From the NCBI GenBank assembly GCA_044343935.1, contig JBIJDU010000002.1:11251-75250 (forward strand): a stretch of 64,000 nucleotides of DNA, in the 5' to 3' direction. Each line of letters starts with the position of its first letter. Position 1 is the first letter of the stretch. The position numbers were made by a program, and so were the translations under genes. The notes under the pieces were generated by a model. That model was not told where the DNA came from, made no database searches, and saw nothing but the letters and a program-made list of their open reading frames with translations. Below are positions 10,534 through 20,070 of the stretch, piece after piece. The DNA is from Candidatus Nanopelagicales bacterium (GTDB lineage Bacteria; Actinomycetota; Actinomycetes; S36-B12; UBA5976).

Positions 10534-10920
10534 CTAGCGGGAGCGCGTTGAGCGCAGTAGCAAGGTGCCGTAAGTTAGACCAAAACCAAACCCAATTGCA
10601 GCATAAATACTGGTGAATAGGTTTAGCTCAACTGGAATTAACAGTGTCAGCACACCCAGCGTTGTTGCTGCAATTAACATCACTATTGCAGCTTTAGTCA
10701 CACCTGAATCAGTTGCAGTGGATGCAACCACAAACATATTGCCAGTTAATGCAACTAAGGTGATTCCGATCATGCGCATCGCCCAGCTCAGCTCATCAGA
10801 TTGTGGCAGTGCCAGTAGGTCAATAAATACGTCAGGTAAAAAAAGCAATAAAACAGCACTTAGGCCGAAAACTGTTGCACCAGTTTTTAATGTAGACCTA
10901 ATCGCAGAAATAGAATTCAC
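10534..10920 (-). CDS. hypothetical small membrane protein (about 4 TM)
   Basis: Hydrophobic ORF. The long form (to 11058) would overlap the well-supported divergent PTP start, so I trimmed it to the GTG at 10920. The start is uncertain. Confidence 0.4.
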   Translation of the reverse strand: MNSISAIRSTLKTGATVFGLSAVLLLFLPDVFIDLLALPQSDELSWAMRMIGITLVALTGNMFVVASTATDSGVTKAAIVMLIAATTLGVLTLLIPVELNLFTSIYAAIGFGFGLTYGTLLLRSTRSR

Positions 10921-10973
10921 AGCGCCCCACTCTCTCAAAGCTAGGCTAACCTTACCCGGCAAGGAGCGGATTG

Positions 10974-11504
10974 ATGAACGAATACATCGCGGCACTAACT
11001 CAAAAAAGTGAGTTAAAAGTGATGATGGTGTGCCTGGGTAACATCTGCCGTTCCCCAATGGCCGCGGCCGTCCTGGAAAATAGAACTAAAGAATTGAGTA
11101 GTCCAAAGTTTGTGGTAACCAGTTCTGGAACTGGGGCTTGGCATGTTGGCGAAGGACCCAATCCAAAATCAAAACTAACCTGGGAAAGAGCAGGTTATGA
11201 CTATGATCATACTGCGCAGCAATTTAAACAAAGCATGTTTCGTGATCAAGACTTATTGCTTGTGATGGACAAGTCTAATTTTGACAACGTGTCGAAATTA
11301 AGTGTTGATAAGTCTGACATACAAAAAATCTTTTACTTGCGTCAATTTGATCCGCAACTAAAGCAATTAAATCCAGTAACTGACTATTTAAAATTAGAAG
11401 TACCAGATCCGTATTATGAACCAATCTCGGTTTATCAGGACGTATTGCTAATGATTGAGGACGCAGTAACTGGATTAATTGATCTGTTTGGCCATAGGAA
11501 GTAA
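10974..11504 (+). CDS. low-molecular-weight protein-tyrosine phosphatase
   Basis: Has the CX5R(S/T) P-loop 'CLGNICRSP' and a C-terminal 'DPYY'. AAGGAG at 10962-10967 precedes the ATG at 10974; a TTG at 10971 is the alternative start. Confidence 0.85.
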   Translation: MNEYIAALTQKSELKVMMVCLGNICRSPMAAAVLENRTKELSSPKFVVTSSGTGAWHVGEGPNPKSKLTWERAGYDYDHTAQQFKQSMFRDQDLLLVMDKSNFDNVSKLSVDKSDIQKIFYLRQFDPQLKQLNPVTDYLKLEVPDPYYEPISVYQDVLLMIEDAVTGLIDLFGHRK

Positions 11505-11508
11505 CTTG

Positions 11509-13449
11509 ATGATTCCAATCTGGCTTATTGGCATAGCAGTTCTGTTATTAGCATTAAACATAGGTGGTAGTTGGTGGCAACCATCACCCTCTGGAATTCC
11601 AGATGCTGGACCTGTAATTTTTATGCTGTCACCAGTAGCTGAGTATTTAACGGCATTTGCTGGAATTTTAGTTTTAGCGAATTTGCTAATAGTTGTGCTT
11701 TTTCTGCCAACTGAGCCCAAAAATTTCCTATCACCAGTTGCGCTAAAGTTTAAACGTCGAGCTATGTTAGTTTCATTGATTTGGTTTGCGTTAGCCATTG
11801 TTGCGGCTCAATCGTTGTTGATAAAAATTCTAGGCGTATCAGCAAACCGATTTTTCTCATTAGAGATTTTTTTTACCTACGGCTGGGATTTAACTGTAGT
11901 AAGAGCGTTGATACTTACGGCAGTGGCAGCGTTAGTAATCTCCATTACGTTGCAATTAACTAAACGAATTAATGGTGTTGGTGCAGCAGCAGCGCTGGCC
12001 TTGATAGCTGCCACCTTTTCAGCGTTAACTGCTCATTCGGCGGGGATCAGCGGCCATGCCCTAGCAACTACTTCTGGTTTCTTTCACGTGTTAGGCATGA
12101 GTCTTTGGCTAGCTGGATTGATTGCGCTCTACCGACATTTGAATTCACCAAAAGTAATCTTCCGAAAGTTAGCAGTGCTGCGATTTGGGAAATTAGCAGC
12201 TATCGCATTTGTAACGGTGGTGTTATCGGGAGTGGCAAATTCACTCACCCGAATAGATCAAGTTTCTCAGATCTGGAGTTCAGACTACGGCCGATTAATT
12301 ATGGCTAAATCTGTGTTAACAATTATTGCGGTGCTGATTGCGCAAATAGCTAGGGAGCGTTTGATCTCGGAATCAACTATTGCGATCAAGATTCTTGGCC
12401 TAGAAATTACGCTGTTAATTTTTGTCTTAGCAATTGCCTCAGCTGCGGCAAATTCGGCATTTCCAAAATCTTCGGTTTCAGCGGCCACTTTAATTGAGCA
12501 ACTAACTGGTTACCCAGAACCACCGCCACTTAACTGGTTGGCTGCTTTCAGTACTTTCACACCAGATGCACTAACTTTGGTTGTTGGTGCAGCAGCAGCG
12601 GCGATGTATGCGATTGGTGTTAAGCGATTAATCCAACGTGGCGACAATTGGTCGCACCTGCGCACGACTGCTTGGCTAACTGGCGTTGCCGCTGGCGTAT
12701 TTATCACCAATACCGAAATTAGTCGTTATGCCCTGGTTTCGATGAGTGCACATATGACCCAGCACATGACACTTGGAATGTTTGTCCCAATTTTGTTGGT
12801 ATTGGGCGCACCAATCACGCTGGCACTAAGAGCACTTGCGCCAGCTAAATATGATTTAGTAGGTCCGCGTGAGTGGATCATAATTGTGTTACAAAGTAAA
12901 TACAGCAAATTAATTACTCATCCGCTGGTAGCACTAACAATTTACAGTGGCTCAATTTTTGTTGTCTACTTTTCATCACTGATGACTGCCATGATGTCTA
13001 GCCACCTAGGTCATGTGATCATGCATATTCATTTTCTATTTTCTGGATATTTATTTTTTTGGTTAATTATCGGCACCGATTTTCAGCCAAGAAATATCGG
13101 ATATCCGTTCAAGTTGCTACTTGTTTTCATGTCGATGGTAATTCACGCAGTATTTGGGTTGATTTTGATGCAAAGCACCTCACTAGTTGGTGGTGGGTGG
13201 TTCGGCAAAGTGGCACCAATTTGGCTAAGCGATCCGATTGCAGATCAGCAGTTAGCAGGATCCATTGCTTGGAGCTTTGGCGAATTGCCGATGCTATTGG
13301 TGTTTATCGCATTGGGAGTGCAGTGGGCAAAATCTGATCGTCAGCAAGCAGCACGATTAGATCGTCAAGCCGATAATTATGGTGATCAAGAGCGGGAAGC
13401 TTATAACCAGATGTTACGTCAGTTAAACAACAAAGGCGATAAGGAATAA
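11509..13449 (+). CDS. CopD-like / cytochrome c oxidase assembly (caa3 CtaG-like) fusion membrane protein
   Basis: About 646 aa, polytopic. The N-terminal half looks CopD-like. The C-terminal half carries 'HMTQHM...' and 'HxxMHxHF' His-rich TM motifs typical of actinobacterial CtaG. The ATG at 11509 lies 5 nt after the PTP stop. Confidence 0.65.
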   Translation: MIPIWLIGIAVLLLALNIGGSWWQPSPSGIPDAGPVIFMLSPVAEYLTAFAGILVLANLLIVVLFLPTEPKNFLSPVALKFKRRAMLVSLIWFALAIVAAQSLLIKILGVSANRFFSLEIFFTYGWDLTVVRALILTAVAALVISITLQLTKRINGVGAAAALALIAATFSALTAHSAGISGHALATTSGFFHVLGMSLWLAGLIALYRHLNSPKVIFRKLAVLRFGKLAAIAFVTVVLSGVANSLTRIDQVSQIWSSDYGRLIMAKSVLTIIAVLIAQIARERLISESTIAIKILGLEITLLIFVLAIASAAANSAFPKSSVSAATLIEQLTGYPEPPPLNWLAAFSTFTPDALTLVVGAAAAAMYAIGVKRLIQRGDNWSHLRTTAWLTGVAAGVFITNTEISRYALVSMSAHMTQHMTLGMFVPILLVLGAPITLALRALAPAKYDLVGPREWIIIVLQSKYSKLITHPLVALTIYSGSIFVVYFSSLMTAMMSSHLGHVIMHIHFLFSGYLFFWLIIGTDFQPRNIGYPFKLLLVFMSMVIHAVFGLILMQSTSLVGGGWFGKVAPIWLSDPIADQQLAGSIAWSFGELPMLLVFIALGVQWAKSDRQQAARLDRQADNYGDQEREAYNQMLRQLNNKGDKE

Positions 13450-13463
13450 TCCTTATCGCCTTT
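13432..13463. terminator. bidirectional intrinsic terminator (14-bp perfect stem AAAGGCGATAAGGA / TCCTTATCGCCTTT, loop ATAA)
   Basis: Read directly from the sequence. It sits between convergent genes and is flanked by T-runs on both strands (TTTGTTG / TTTGTTGTTT). The CtaG-like gene's TAA stop (13447-13449) lies in the loop. Confidence 0.75.
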
Positions 13464-13477
13464 GTTGCACTGTTTAA

Positions 13478-15754
13478 TTAAGCAGCGATGCTTACTTCTT
13501 TGCGCTTTGAAATCAAAATCGAAACTACAATGATCAGTACTGCAACTGCAGCAATGGTCATTCTTAGTGCGGTATTTGGTTCAGCGCTTAGAGTTAGTGA
13601 AATGATAACTGGGGCAATTAGCACCGAAACCAAGTTCATTACCTTGATTAATGGGTTAATTGCAGGACCTGCAGTATCTTTGAATGGATCGCCAACGGTG
13701 TCACCAATAACCGTTGCAGCATGTGCTTGTGAACCTTTACCACCATGCACACCATCTTCAACAAGTTTCTTAGCGTTATCCCATGCGCCACCTGAGTTTG
13801 ATAGGAACACAGCCATCAACGTACCGGCACCAATTGCGCCAGCAAGATAAGAAGCAAGTGCGCCAACACCAAGGCCGAAACCAACTGCGATTGGAGCTAG
13901 CACGGCAAGTAAGCCTGGCGTGATTAACTCTCGCAATGAATCCTTGGTGCAGATATCAACTACCCGGCCATACTCTGGTCGTTCGGTGCCATTCATGATG
14001 CCAGGACGAGTTGCAAACTGATTGCGAACTTCGAATACCACCGCACCAGCAGCACGAGAAACGGCATTTACTGCAAGGGATGAGAACAAGAACACGACCG
14101 AGGCGCCAATTAACAAACCAAATAGTGAGTTTGGCTTGGTTACGTTAAACGCATCAAGCAAGTCAAACTCAGCACCTAATTCGTTTACAGCTTGAATAAT
14201 GGCATCACGGTAAGCACCAAATAGCGCAGTTGCAGCTAAGACTGCAGTTGCAATAGCAATACCTTTCGTAATTGCCTTTGTGGTGTTTCCAACGGCATCA
14301 AGCTCAGTGAGAATCTGAGCTGCTTCGCCGTGGACGTCACCTGACATCTCAGCAATACCCTGAGCGTTATCACTAACTGGACCAAAGGTGTCCATTGCCA
14401 CAATAACGCCGACGGTGGTTAGCAAACCAGTTCCAGCCAACGCAATTGCGAACAATGAAAGTGCAATAGATGCGCCACCTAATAAGAATGCGCCATAAAC
14501 TGCAGCACCAATAATTACTGCGGTAACAACTGCTGATTCCAAACCAATTGCGATACCAGAAAGCACGACAGTTGCTGGACCAGTCAACGATGATTTACCA
14601 ATGTCCTGAACTGGCTTCTTGTCGGTTCCAGTGTAATAACCAGTAACTCGCAAAATAATTGCAGCAAGGGCAATGCCAAGAATTACTGAAACTGTAGCTA
14701 TCAATCTTGGATCACCATCAAGGCTAGTAATTTCCTCTGATACCCCAGCAAATTGTGCAAATGTTGCTGGTAGATAGACATAAGAAGCAATTGTTGAAAG
14801 AGTTGCTGAGATTACCGCTGAAATAGCAAAACCACGGTTAATTGCCTTAAGTCCATTTTCACCCTGGCGAGGCTTAGTGACGTAGACGCCAATAATTGCG
14901 GTGATAACACCAATTGCCGGAATGATAAGTGGGAAGACTAAGCCTTCAACACCAAATGCAACTTTACCGAGAATTAATGCGGCAACCAAAGTTACGGCGT
15001 ATGACTCAAACAAGTCAGCGGCCATACCGGCGCAGTCACCTACGTTGTCACCAACGTTGTCTGCAATTGTCGCTGCGTTGCGAGGATCATCTTCTGGAAT
15101 TCCTTGCTCAACTTTTCCAACCAAGTCAGCACCGACGTCAGCAGCCTTAGTAAAGATACCGCCACCAACGCGCATGAACATGGCAACCATTGCGGCACCA
15201 AAACCAAAACCTTCAAGCACTTTGGCAGCTTCGCCTTGATAAAACAGCACTACAGCGGCAGCACCTAATAAACCAAGACCAACAGTTGCCATACCAACAG
15301 CGCCACCAGTTCGGAACGCAACGCGAGTTGCGCGATCAATTCCACTGTCTTTAGCGGCAGCTGCAACACGAACGTTTGCTTTCACCGCAAGTGACATACC
15401 GAAGTAGCCAATGAATGCGGAGAACAACGCACCAAGTACGAAGAATATGGAGCGACCGATGCGAACATCCATAGTTCCTGGCAGCACAAAAAGCAGACCA
15501 AAAATTAGAACTACGAATACAGCTAAGGTTTTAAATTGTCTGGCAAGATATGCCGCAGCACCTTCTTGAACGGCTCTTGCAATTTCTTGCATTTTTTCAG
15601 TTCCTTCGCCGAAAGCAAGTACTTCACGACGGAAAACCAAAGCCATTACAAGCGCTAGGGCTGAGATAACTGCTACGACCAAAACTAGTGTTTGGTTGCT
15701 GCCGGTAATGGCGATATCACTTGCGCCAGCGGCAGTCAGGGTCGAGCGAAACAT
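13478..15754 (-). CDS. hppA: membrane-bound H+-translocating pyrophosphatase, K+-independent type
   Basis: Diagnostic motifs 'DNVGDNVGD' and 'GDTVGDPFKDT'. 'GNTTKAITKG' has Lys rather than Ala at the K+-dependence position. The ATG at 15754 follows AGGAGG; the ORF extends to 15802. Confidence 0.95.
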   Translation of the reverse strand: MFRSTLTAAGASDIAITGSNQTLVLVVAVISALALVMALVFRREVLAFGEGTEKMQEIARAVQEGAAAYLARQFKTLAVFVVLIFGLLFVLPGTMDVRIGRSIFFVLGALFSAFIGYFGMSLAVKANVRVAAAAKDSGIDRATRVAFRTGGAVGMATVGLGLLGAAAVVLFYQGEAAKVLEGFGFGAAMVAMFMRVGGGIFTKAADVGADLVGKVEQGIPEDDPRNAATIADNVGDNVGDCAGMAADLFESYAVTLVAALILGKVAFGVEGLVFPLIIPAIGVITAIIGVYVTKPRQGENGLKAINRGFAISAVISATLSTIASYVYLPATFAQFAGVSEEITSLDGDPRLIATVSVILGIALAAIILRVTGYYTGTDKKPVQDIGKSSLTGPATVVLSGIAIGLESAVVTAVIIGAAVYGAFLLGGASIALSLFAIALAGTGLLTTVGVIVAMDTFGPVSDNAQGIAEMSGDVHGEAAQILTELDAVGNTTKAITKGIAIATAVLAATALFGAYRDAIIQAVNELGAEFDLLDAFNVTKPNSLFGLLIGASVVFLFSSLAVNAVSRAAGAVVFEVRNQFATRPGIMNGTERPEYGRVVDICTKDSLRELITPGLLAVLAPIAVGFGLGVGALASYLAGAIGAGTLMAVFLSNSGGAWDNAKKLVEDGVHGGKGSQAHAATVIGDTVGDPFKDTAGPAINPLIKVMNLVSVLIAPVIISLTLSAEPNTALRMTIAAVAVLIIVVSILISKRKEVSIAA

Positions 15755-15920
15755 GTTCCTCCTTGGAAGGCCTACGAAATTGGTCGAGGGCCTGACGACC
15801 ACCCAGTCTGACTGGGGGTGCGTAGGGGGGTGAGTCTAACCAGTGCCGCGGCTTGCTTGGGATTACCTGCGAGTTCGACTTTTAGCGTATCTTGGGCCAT
15901 ATCACCTAGGAGCAAAATCC

Positions 15921-16874
15921 GTGACTGATCCCAGCTATCAACTATCAGCAGCAGTTGAGGCTGCGTTGGCTGAATACACCGGGCTGGCGGTGATTGTGGC
16001 GTGCAGTGGTGGGCCGGATTCGGTAGCGCTCACGCTTACGGCGGCGAAATTGGCACCAAAACATAATTGGCAACTTCAGGTAGTGATTGTTGATCATGGT
16101 TGGAGTGAATTATCAGCAGTCAATGCGCAATTTGCGGCTGATCAACTAAGGGAACATGGCGTTACTCAAGTTGAGATTGTTGCTGCACCTCAGACACCAG
16201 CGGAGAATCGCGAAGCGGCAGCGCGAGAAATTCGCTATCAGATTCTGCAGCGCAAGAGTGATGAATTAAATGGTGCACCAGTTTTACTTGGCCATACCAA
16301 AGATGATCAAGCCGAAACAGTTTTGATGCGGTTAGTTCGAGGGGCGGGCAGTAAAGCGCTAGCCGGCATGGCTCCGATTCGGGGAATTTTTATTAGGCCA
16401 CTTTTAGAACTTGACCGTGCCGTTGTGCATGCCGCAATTCCAGAAACATTTTCAGTAATTGAAGATCCAGCAAATCAAGACGACAGTTACCTTCGCGTTC
16501 GGGTAAGAAAAACAGTGCTGCCAGTTATGCAAGCTGAATTAGGTGAGGATGTTGTAGCCGGACTTGTGCGTTCAGCCCAATTACTCCGAGTAGATAGTGA
16601 ATATTTTGTGATTGAAACATTAAAGCAATTTAATAACTGTGTAATTGATAATCACTTAGATATTCCAGCGCTGGAAAAACTCCACACTGCTATTCGGACT
16701 CGAGTGATTCAACATTGGCTATCGCAAACTGGGGTGCCAACTGGTAGTTTGCATCAGATTCATATCAAGACGGTGGATGATTTAGTCACCAATTGGCATG
16801 GTCAAAAAGAAATTAACTTGCCGGGCGGGTTTAGTGTGAAACGCAGTGGCAACAGGCTTACTATCTCGCACTAA
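15921..16874 (+). CDS. tilS: tRNA(Ile)-lysidine synthetase
   Basis: PP-loop 'SGGPDS'. The GTG at 15921 follows AGGAG; the ORF extends to 15843. The tilS-hpt-ftsH synteny is conserved. Confidence 0.85.
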   Translation: MTDPSYQLSAAVEAALAEYTGLAVIVACSGGPDSVALTLTAAKLAPKHNWQLQVVIVDHGWSELSAVNAQFAADQLREHGVTQVEIVAAPQTPAENREAAAREIRYQILQRKSDELNGAPVLLGHTKDDQAETVLMRLVRGAGSKALAGMAPIRGIFIRPLLELDRAVVHAAIPETFSVIEDPANQDDSYLRVRVRKTVLPVMQAELGEDVVAGLVRSAQLLRVDSEYFVIETLKQFNNCVIDNHLDIPALEKLHTAIRTRVIQHWLSQTGVPTGSLHQIHIKTVDDLVTNWHGQKEINLPGGFSVKRSGNRLTISH

Positions 16875-16886
16875 CTGGGAGGGTAA

Positions 16887-17438
16887 ATGGAATCAGCACA
16901 GGTAAGTAGTGAATTGAACAAAGTTCTTTTGACCGAGGCGCAAATTCAAGATCGACTTAAAGAATTAGCAATTGCAGTGGAGACTGATTACCAAGACAAA
17001 GACTTGTTATTAGTTGGGGTGCTCAAAGGCGCTGTGGTTCTGATGGCTGACTTCATTCGTTGCCTAACCCGGCATGCTGACACTGATTGGATGGCAGTTT
17101 CGTCATATGGATCTGGCACTAAATCCAGCGGTGTGGTGCGAATAAATAAGGACTTAGATCAGGATGTTATTGGTCGAGATGTTTTAATCATTGAAGACAT
17201 TATTGATAGTGGTTTAACTTTGAATTGGCTAGTTTCAAATTTGCGTTCACGTGGAGCGCGCAGCGTTGAAGTTCTAACGTTACTTCGCAAGCCAGATGCA
17301 GCAAAAGTGTCAGTAGTTGTTAAGTATGTGGGTTTTGATATACCTAATGACTTTGTTGTTGGCTATGGCCTTGATTTTGCAGAAAAATATCGCAATTTAC
17401 GCGATGTCGCGGTGCTCGCCCCTCACATGTACTCCTAA
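16887..17438 (+). CDS. hpt: hypoxanthine phosphoribosyltransferase
   Basis: PRPP-binding motif 'VLIIEDIIDSGLTL' and 'VGYGLDFAEKYRNL'. Confidence 0.9.
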   Translation: MESAQVSSELNKVLLTEAQIQDRLKELAIAVETDYQDKDLLLVGVLKGAVVLMADFIRCLTRHADTDWMAVSSYGSGTKSSGVVRINKDLDQDVIGRDVLIIEDIIDSGLTLNWLVSNLRSRGARSVEVLTLLRKPDAAKVSVVVKYVGFDIPNDFVVGYGLDFAEKYRNLRDVAVLAPHMYS

Positions 17439-17515
17439 GGGTGCCAACTCTTATGAGGTGGATTACCGTTAGCCTCTAGATTGATAGCAATACCTAGTAG
17501 CAGAGGTTAAGGAAA

Positions 17516-19486
17516 TTGACGCAGCAGCAAACTGAGAAAAAGCCGGATAAGAAAAAGCGAACTCGTCGAGGAGCGCTGATTTGGATCTTGGTTGGAACGC
17601 TGCTGCTGTTGATCGGAAGCAACTTAGTTTCACAAGCTACCGGCCCAACCCGCATTGATACCAGCGAAGCCCTTTCGCTAATCCGCGGTAATCAGGTCAG
17701 TAGCGCGGTAATTGTTGATCGTGATCAACGACTAGAACTTGAGCTTAAAGATGGGCGCTCTGCCATTACTGATTTTGTAACTGGGCAAGGATTAGTCCTA
17801 CAACAGGAACTACAAACTCAAGTTGAAGCTGGCCGAATGTCAAATGGTTATACCGTTAAAGTTCCATCGCAAAATATTTTGGTTTCAATTCTTATCTCAT
17901 TGTTACCAATTGCCATAATTATTTTCCTGCTTTTCTTCTTCATGAACCGAATGCAAGGCGGCGGCAGGTTAATGAATTTCGGTAAGAGCCGGGCAAAACA
18001 GATAACAAAAGATATGCCAAAAACTACATTTGCAGATGTTGCTGGAGCTGATGAAGCGGTTGAAGAATTAACAGAAATTAAAGACTTTCTTGCTGATCCA
18101 GAGCGATTTAAGAAAATGGGTGCAAAAATTCCAAAAGGCGTTTTGCTTTATGGGCCGCCTGGAACTGGTAAAACATTGTTAGCACGAGCTGTTGCAGGTG
18201 AAGCTGGTGTGCCCTTCTTCTCGATCTCAGGATCTGATTTTGTTGAAATGTTCGTTGGTGTTGGTGCCAGCCGAGTTAGAGATTTGTTTGAGCAGGCAAA
18301 AGCAAATGCCCCCGCGATTATTTTCATAGATGAAATTGATGCGGTTGGTCGACAGCGCGGTGCTGGGTTAGGTGGCGGCCATGACGAGCGCGAACAAACA
18401 CTGAACCAAATGTTAGTTGAGATGGACGGCTTTGATGACAAGGGAACAGTAATCATGATTGCTGCCACAAACCGACCAGACATTTTAGATCCAGCACTAT
18501 TGCGACCAGGTCGATTCGATCGTCAAATTGCCGTAGAGCGACCAGACTTAACAGGCCGGGAACAAATTCTAAAAGTTCATGCTCAAGGCAAACCGTTGAG
18601 CGAAGATGTTGATTTACTAGCAGTAGCTCGTCGAACTCCTGGTTTCACTGGTGCCGATTTGGCAAATGTGCTCAATGAAGCAGCACTGCTGGGTGCCCGA
18701 GTTAATCAAGAAAAAATCACTAATGAATTGTTAGATGAGGCAATCGATCGCGTGATGGCGGGCCCACAAAAGCGCACGCGATTAATGGACGACAAAGAAC
18801 GATTAGTTACGGCATATCATGAAGGCGGACATGCGTTAGTTGCTGCTGCATTACCAACTAGTGATCCAGTCCATAAGGTAACGATTATGCCGCGCGGTAG
18901 AGCGCTTGGTTACACCATGGTGCTGCCCGATCAAGAAAAATATTCAACTACTCGAAATGAGATGTTAGACAAATTAGCGTATATGTTAGGTGGCAGAGCT
19001 GCCGAGGAAATGGTTTTTCACGACCCAACTACTGGCGCAAGCAACGATATTGAGAAAGCAACGTCATTAGCTCGCGCAATGGTTACGCAATACGGTATGA
19101 CCGAGCGCCTTGGTGCAATTAAATACGGCCGCGATGGAGCAGATCCATTTTTTGGTCGAGAATTCACTCAGCATCGAGATTATTCTGAGGATATCGCGGC
19201 AGCAATTGATGATGAAGTACGAAAGCTGATTGAAACAGCGCATCATGAAGCTTACGAGATCTTGAGTGAGAATCGCGTTGTGCTAGATGCACTAGTAGTA
19301 GCTTTGATGGAAAAAGAAACTTTGGACAAAGCTGAGGTTGCAAAAATATTTGAGCCGCTGATTCGACGCGAACATCGTGCTGCCTGGACTGGAAGTGACA
19401 AACGAATTCCAAGCCAGCTTCCCCCAGTTGTTGTACCAGCAAAATCAGATTTGAATGGCAGCGCTCAAATGAGTGAACATGAATAG
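17516..19486 (+). CDS. ftsH: ATP-dependent zinc metalloprotease FtsH
   Basis: Walker A 'GPPGTGKT', the SRH region and the 'HEGGHA' zinc site. The start codon is TTG. Confidence 0.95.
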   Translation: MTQQQTEKKPDKKKRTRRGALIWILVGTLLLLIGSNLVSQATGPTRIDTSEALSLIRGNQVSSAVIVDRDQRLELELKDGRSAITDFVTGQGLVLQQELQTQVEAGRMSNGYTVKVPSQNILVSILISLLPIAIIIFLLFFFMNRMQGGGRLMNFGKSRAKQITKDMPKTTFADVAGADEAVEELTEIKDFLADPERFKKMGAKIPKGVLLYGPPGTGKTLLARAVAGEAGVPFFSISGSDFVEMFVGVGASRVRDLFEQAKANAPAIIFIDEIDAVGRQRGAGLGGGHDEREQTLNQMLVEMDGFDDKGTVIMIAATNRPDILDPALLRPGRFDRQIAVERPDLTGREQILKVHAQGKPLSEDVDLLAVARRTPGFTGADLANVLNEAALLGARVNQEKITNELLDEAIDRVMAGPQKRTRLMDDKERLVTAYHEGGHALVAAALPTSDPVHKVTIMPRGRALGYTMVLPDQEKYSTTRNEMLDKLAYMLGGRAAEEMVFHDPTTGASNDIEKATSLARAMVTQYGMTERLGAIKYGRDGADPFFGREFTQHRDYSEDIAAAIDDEVRKLIETAHHEAYEILSENRVVLDALVVALMEKETLDKAEVAKIFEPLIRREHRAAWTGSDKRIPSQLPPVVVPAKSDLNGSAQMSEHE

Positions 19487-20069
19487 TGAACATCCAATTC
19501 AAACGGGAATCGATACGGCTCGAATTGAGCATGCAGTAACAGAATTGCTCCTTGCCATTGGGGAAAATCCAACCAGGGATGGTTTAGTCAATACTCCAGC
19601 CCGCGTGGCTCGGGCGTATCAAGAAATCTTTGCCGGAATTCACACCGATCCAGCTGAAGTGCTAACCACTAATTTTGATTTGGGCCATGAGGAATTAGTG
19701 TTAGTAAAAGGAATTGAATTTCATTCGGTGTGCGAACACCATCTATTGCCATTTTTTGGGCTTGCGCATGTCGCTTATCTGCCAGGATATGGTGGCAAAA
19801 TAACCGGATTATCTAAATTGGCTCGTGTGGTTGATTTGTTTGCCAAGCGACCTCAAGTACAGGAGCGATTGACGACTCAAATTGCAGATGCAATTGAAGA
19901 CAGACTGCAACCATCTGGTGTTGTGGTTATTTTAGAAGCGGAACATTTATGCATGTCGATGCGTGGCATTAAAAAAACCAGTGCAATTACGGTAACTAGT
20001 ACCGCCCGTGGTTCACTTAAAGAGGAGCCAGCTCGATCTGAAGTGATGAACTTAATCCGAAATTCTTAA
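19473..20069 (+). CDS. folE: GTP cyclohydrolase I
   Basis: Motif 'CEHHLLPF' plus folEPBK synteny. The start is the GTG at 19473 or the ATG at 19479, and either overlaps the ftsH 3' end. Confidence 0.95.
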   Translation: MNMNSEHPIQTGIDTARIEHAVTELLLAIGENPTRDGLVNTPARVARAYQEIFAGIHTDPAEVLTTNFDLGHEELVLVKGIEFHSVCEHHLLPFFGLAHVAYLPGYGGKITGLSKLARVVDLFAKRPQVQERLTTQIADAIEDRLQPSGVVVILEAEHLCMSMRGIKKTSAITVTSTARGSLKEEPARSEVMNLIRNS

Positions 20070-20070
20070 T

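Noticed and set aside
13488-15239. Long ORFs antisense to hppA (13488..13850, 14901..15239, 14929..15150). Similar antisense ORFs lie inside the antiporter gene (7547..8029), typA (9519..9824, 10050..10334), ftsH (18148..18483), radA (31452..31979), menD (46031..46483), menF (48395..48766), resB (40488..40883) and nuoN (63248..63655).
   Set aside because: Each lies entirely within, and antisense to, a strongly supported conserved gene. Their translations are low-complexity (Ala/Ser/Pro/Thr-rich) with no motifs or RBS. They are typical shadow ORFs produced by codon bias.
17439-17515. The 77-bp hpt/ftsH spacer and other short spacers, checked for tRNA, sRNA or riboswitch content.
   Set aside because: There is no cloverleaf or GTTCRA T-loop signature and no recognisable riboswitch core. 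I found only a 5-bp CCTCT/AGAGG pairing with a large loop. All spacers except two are shorter than 105 bp.
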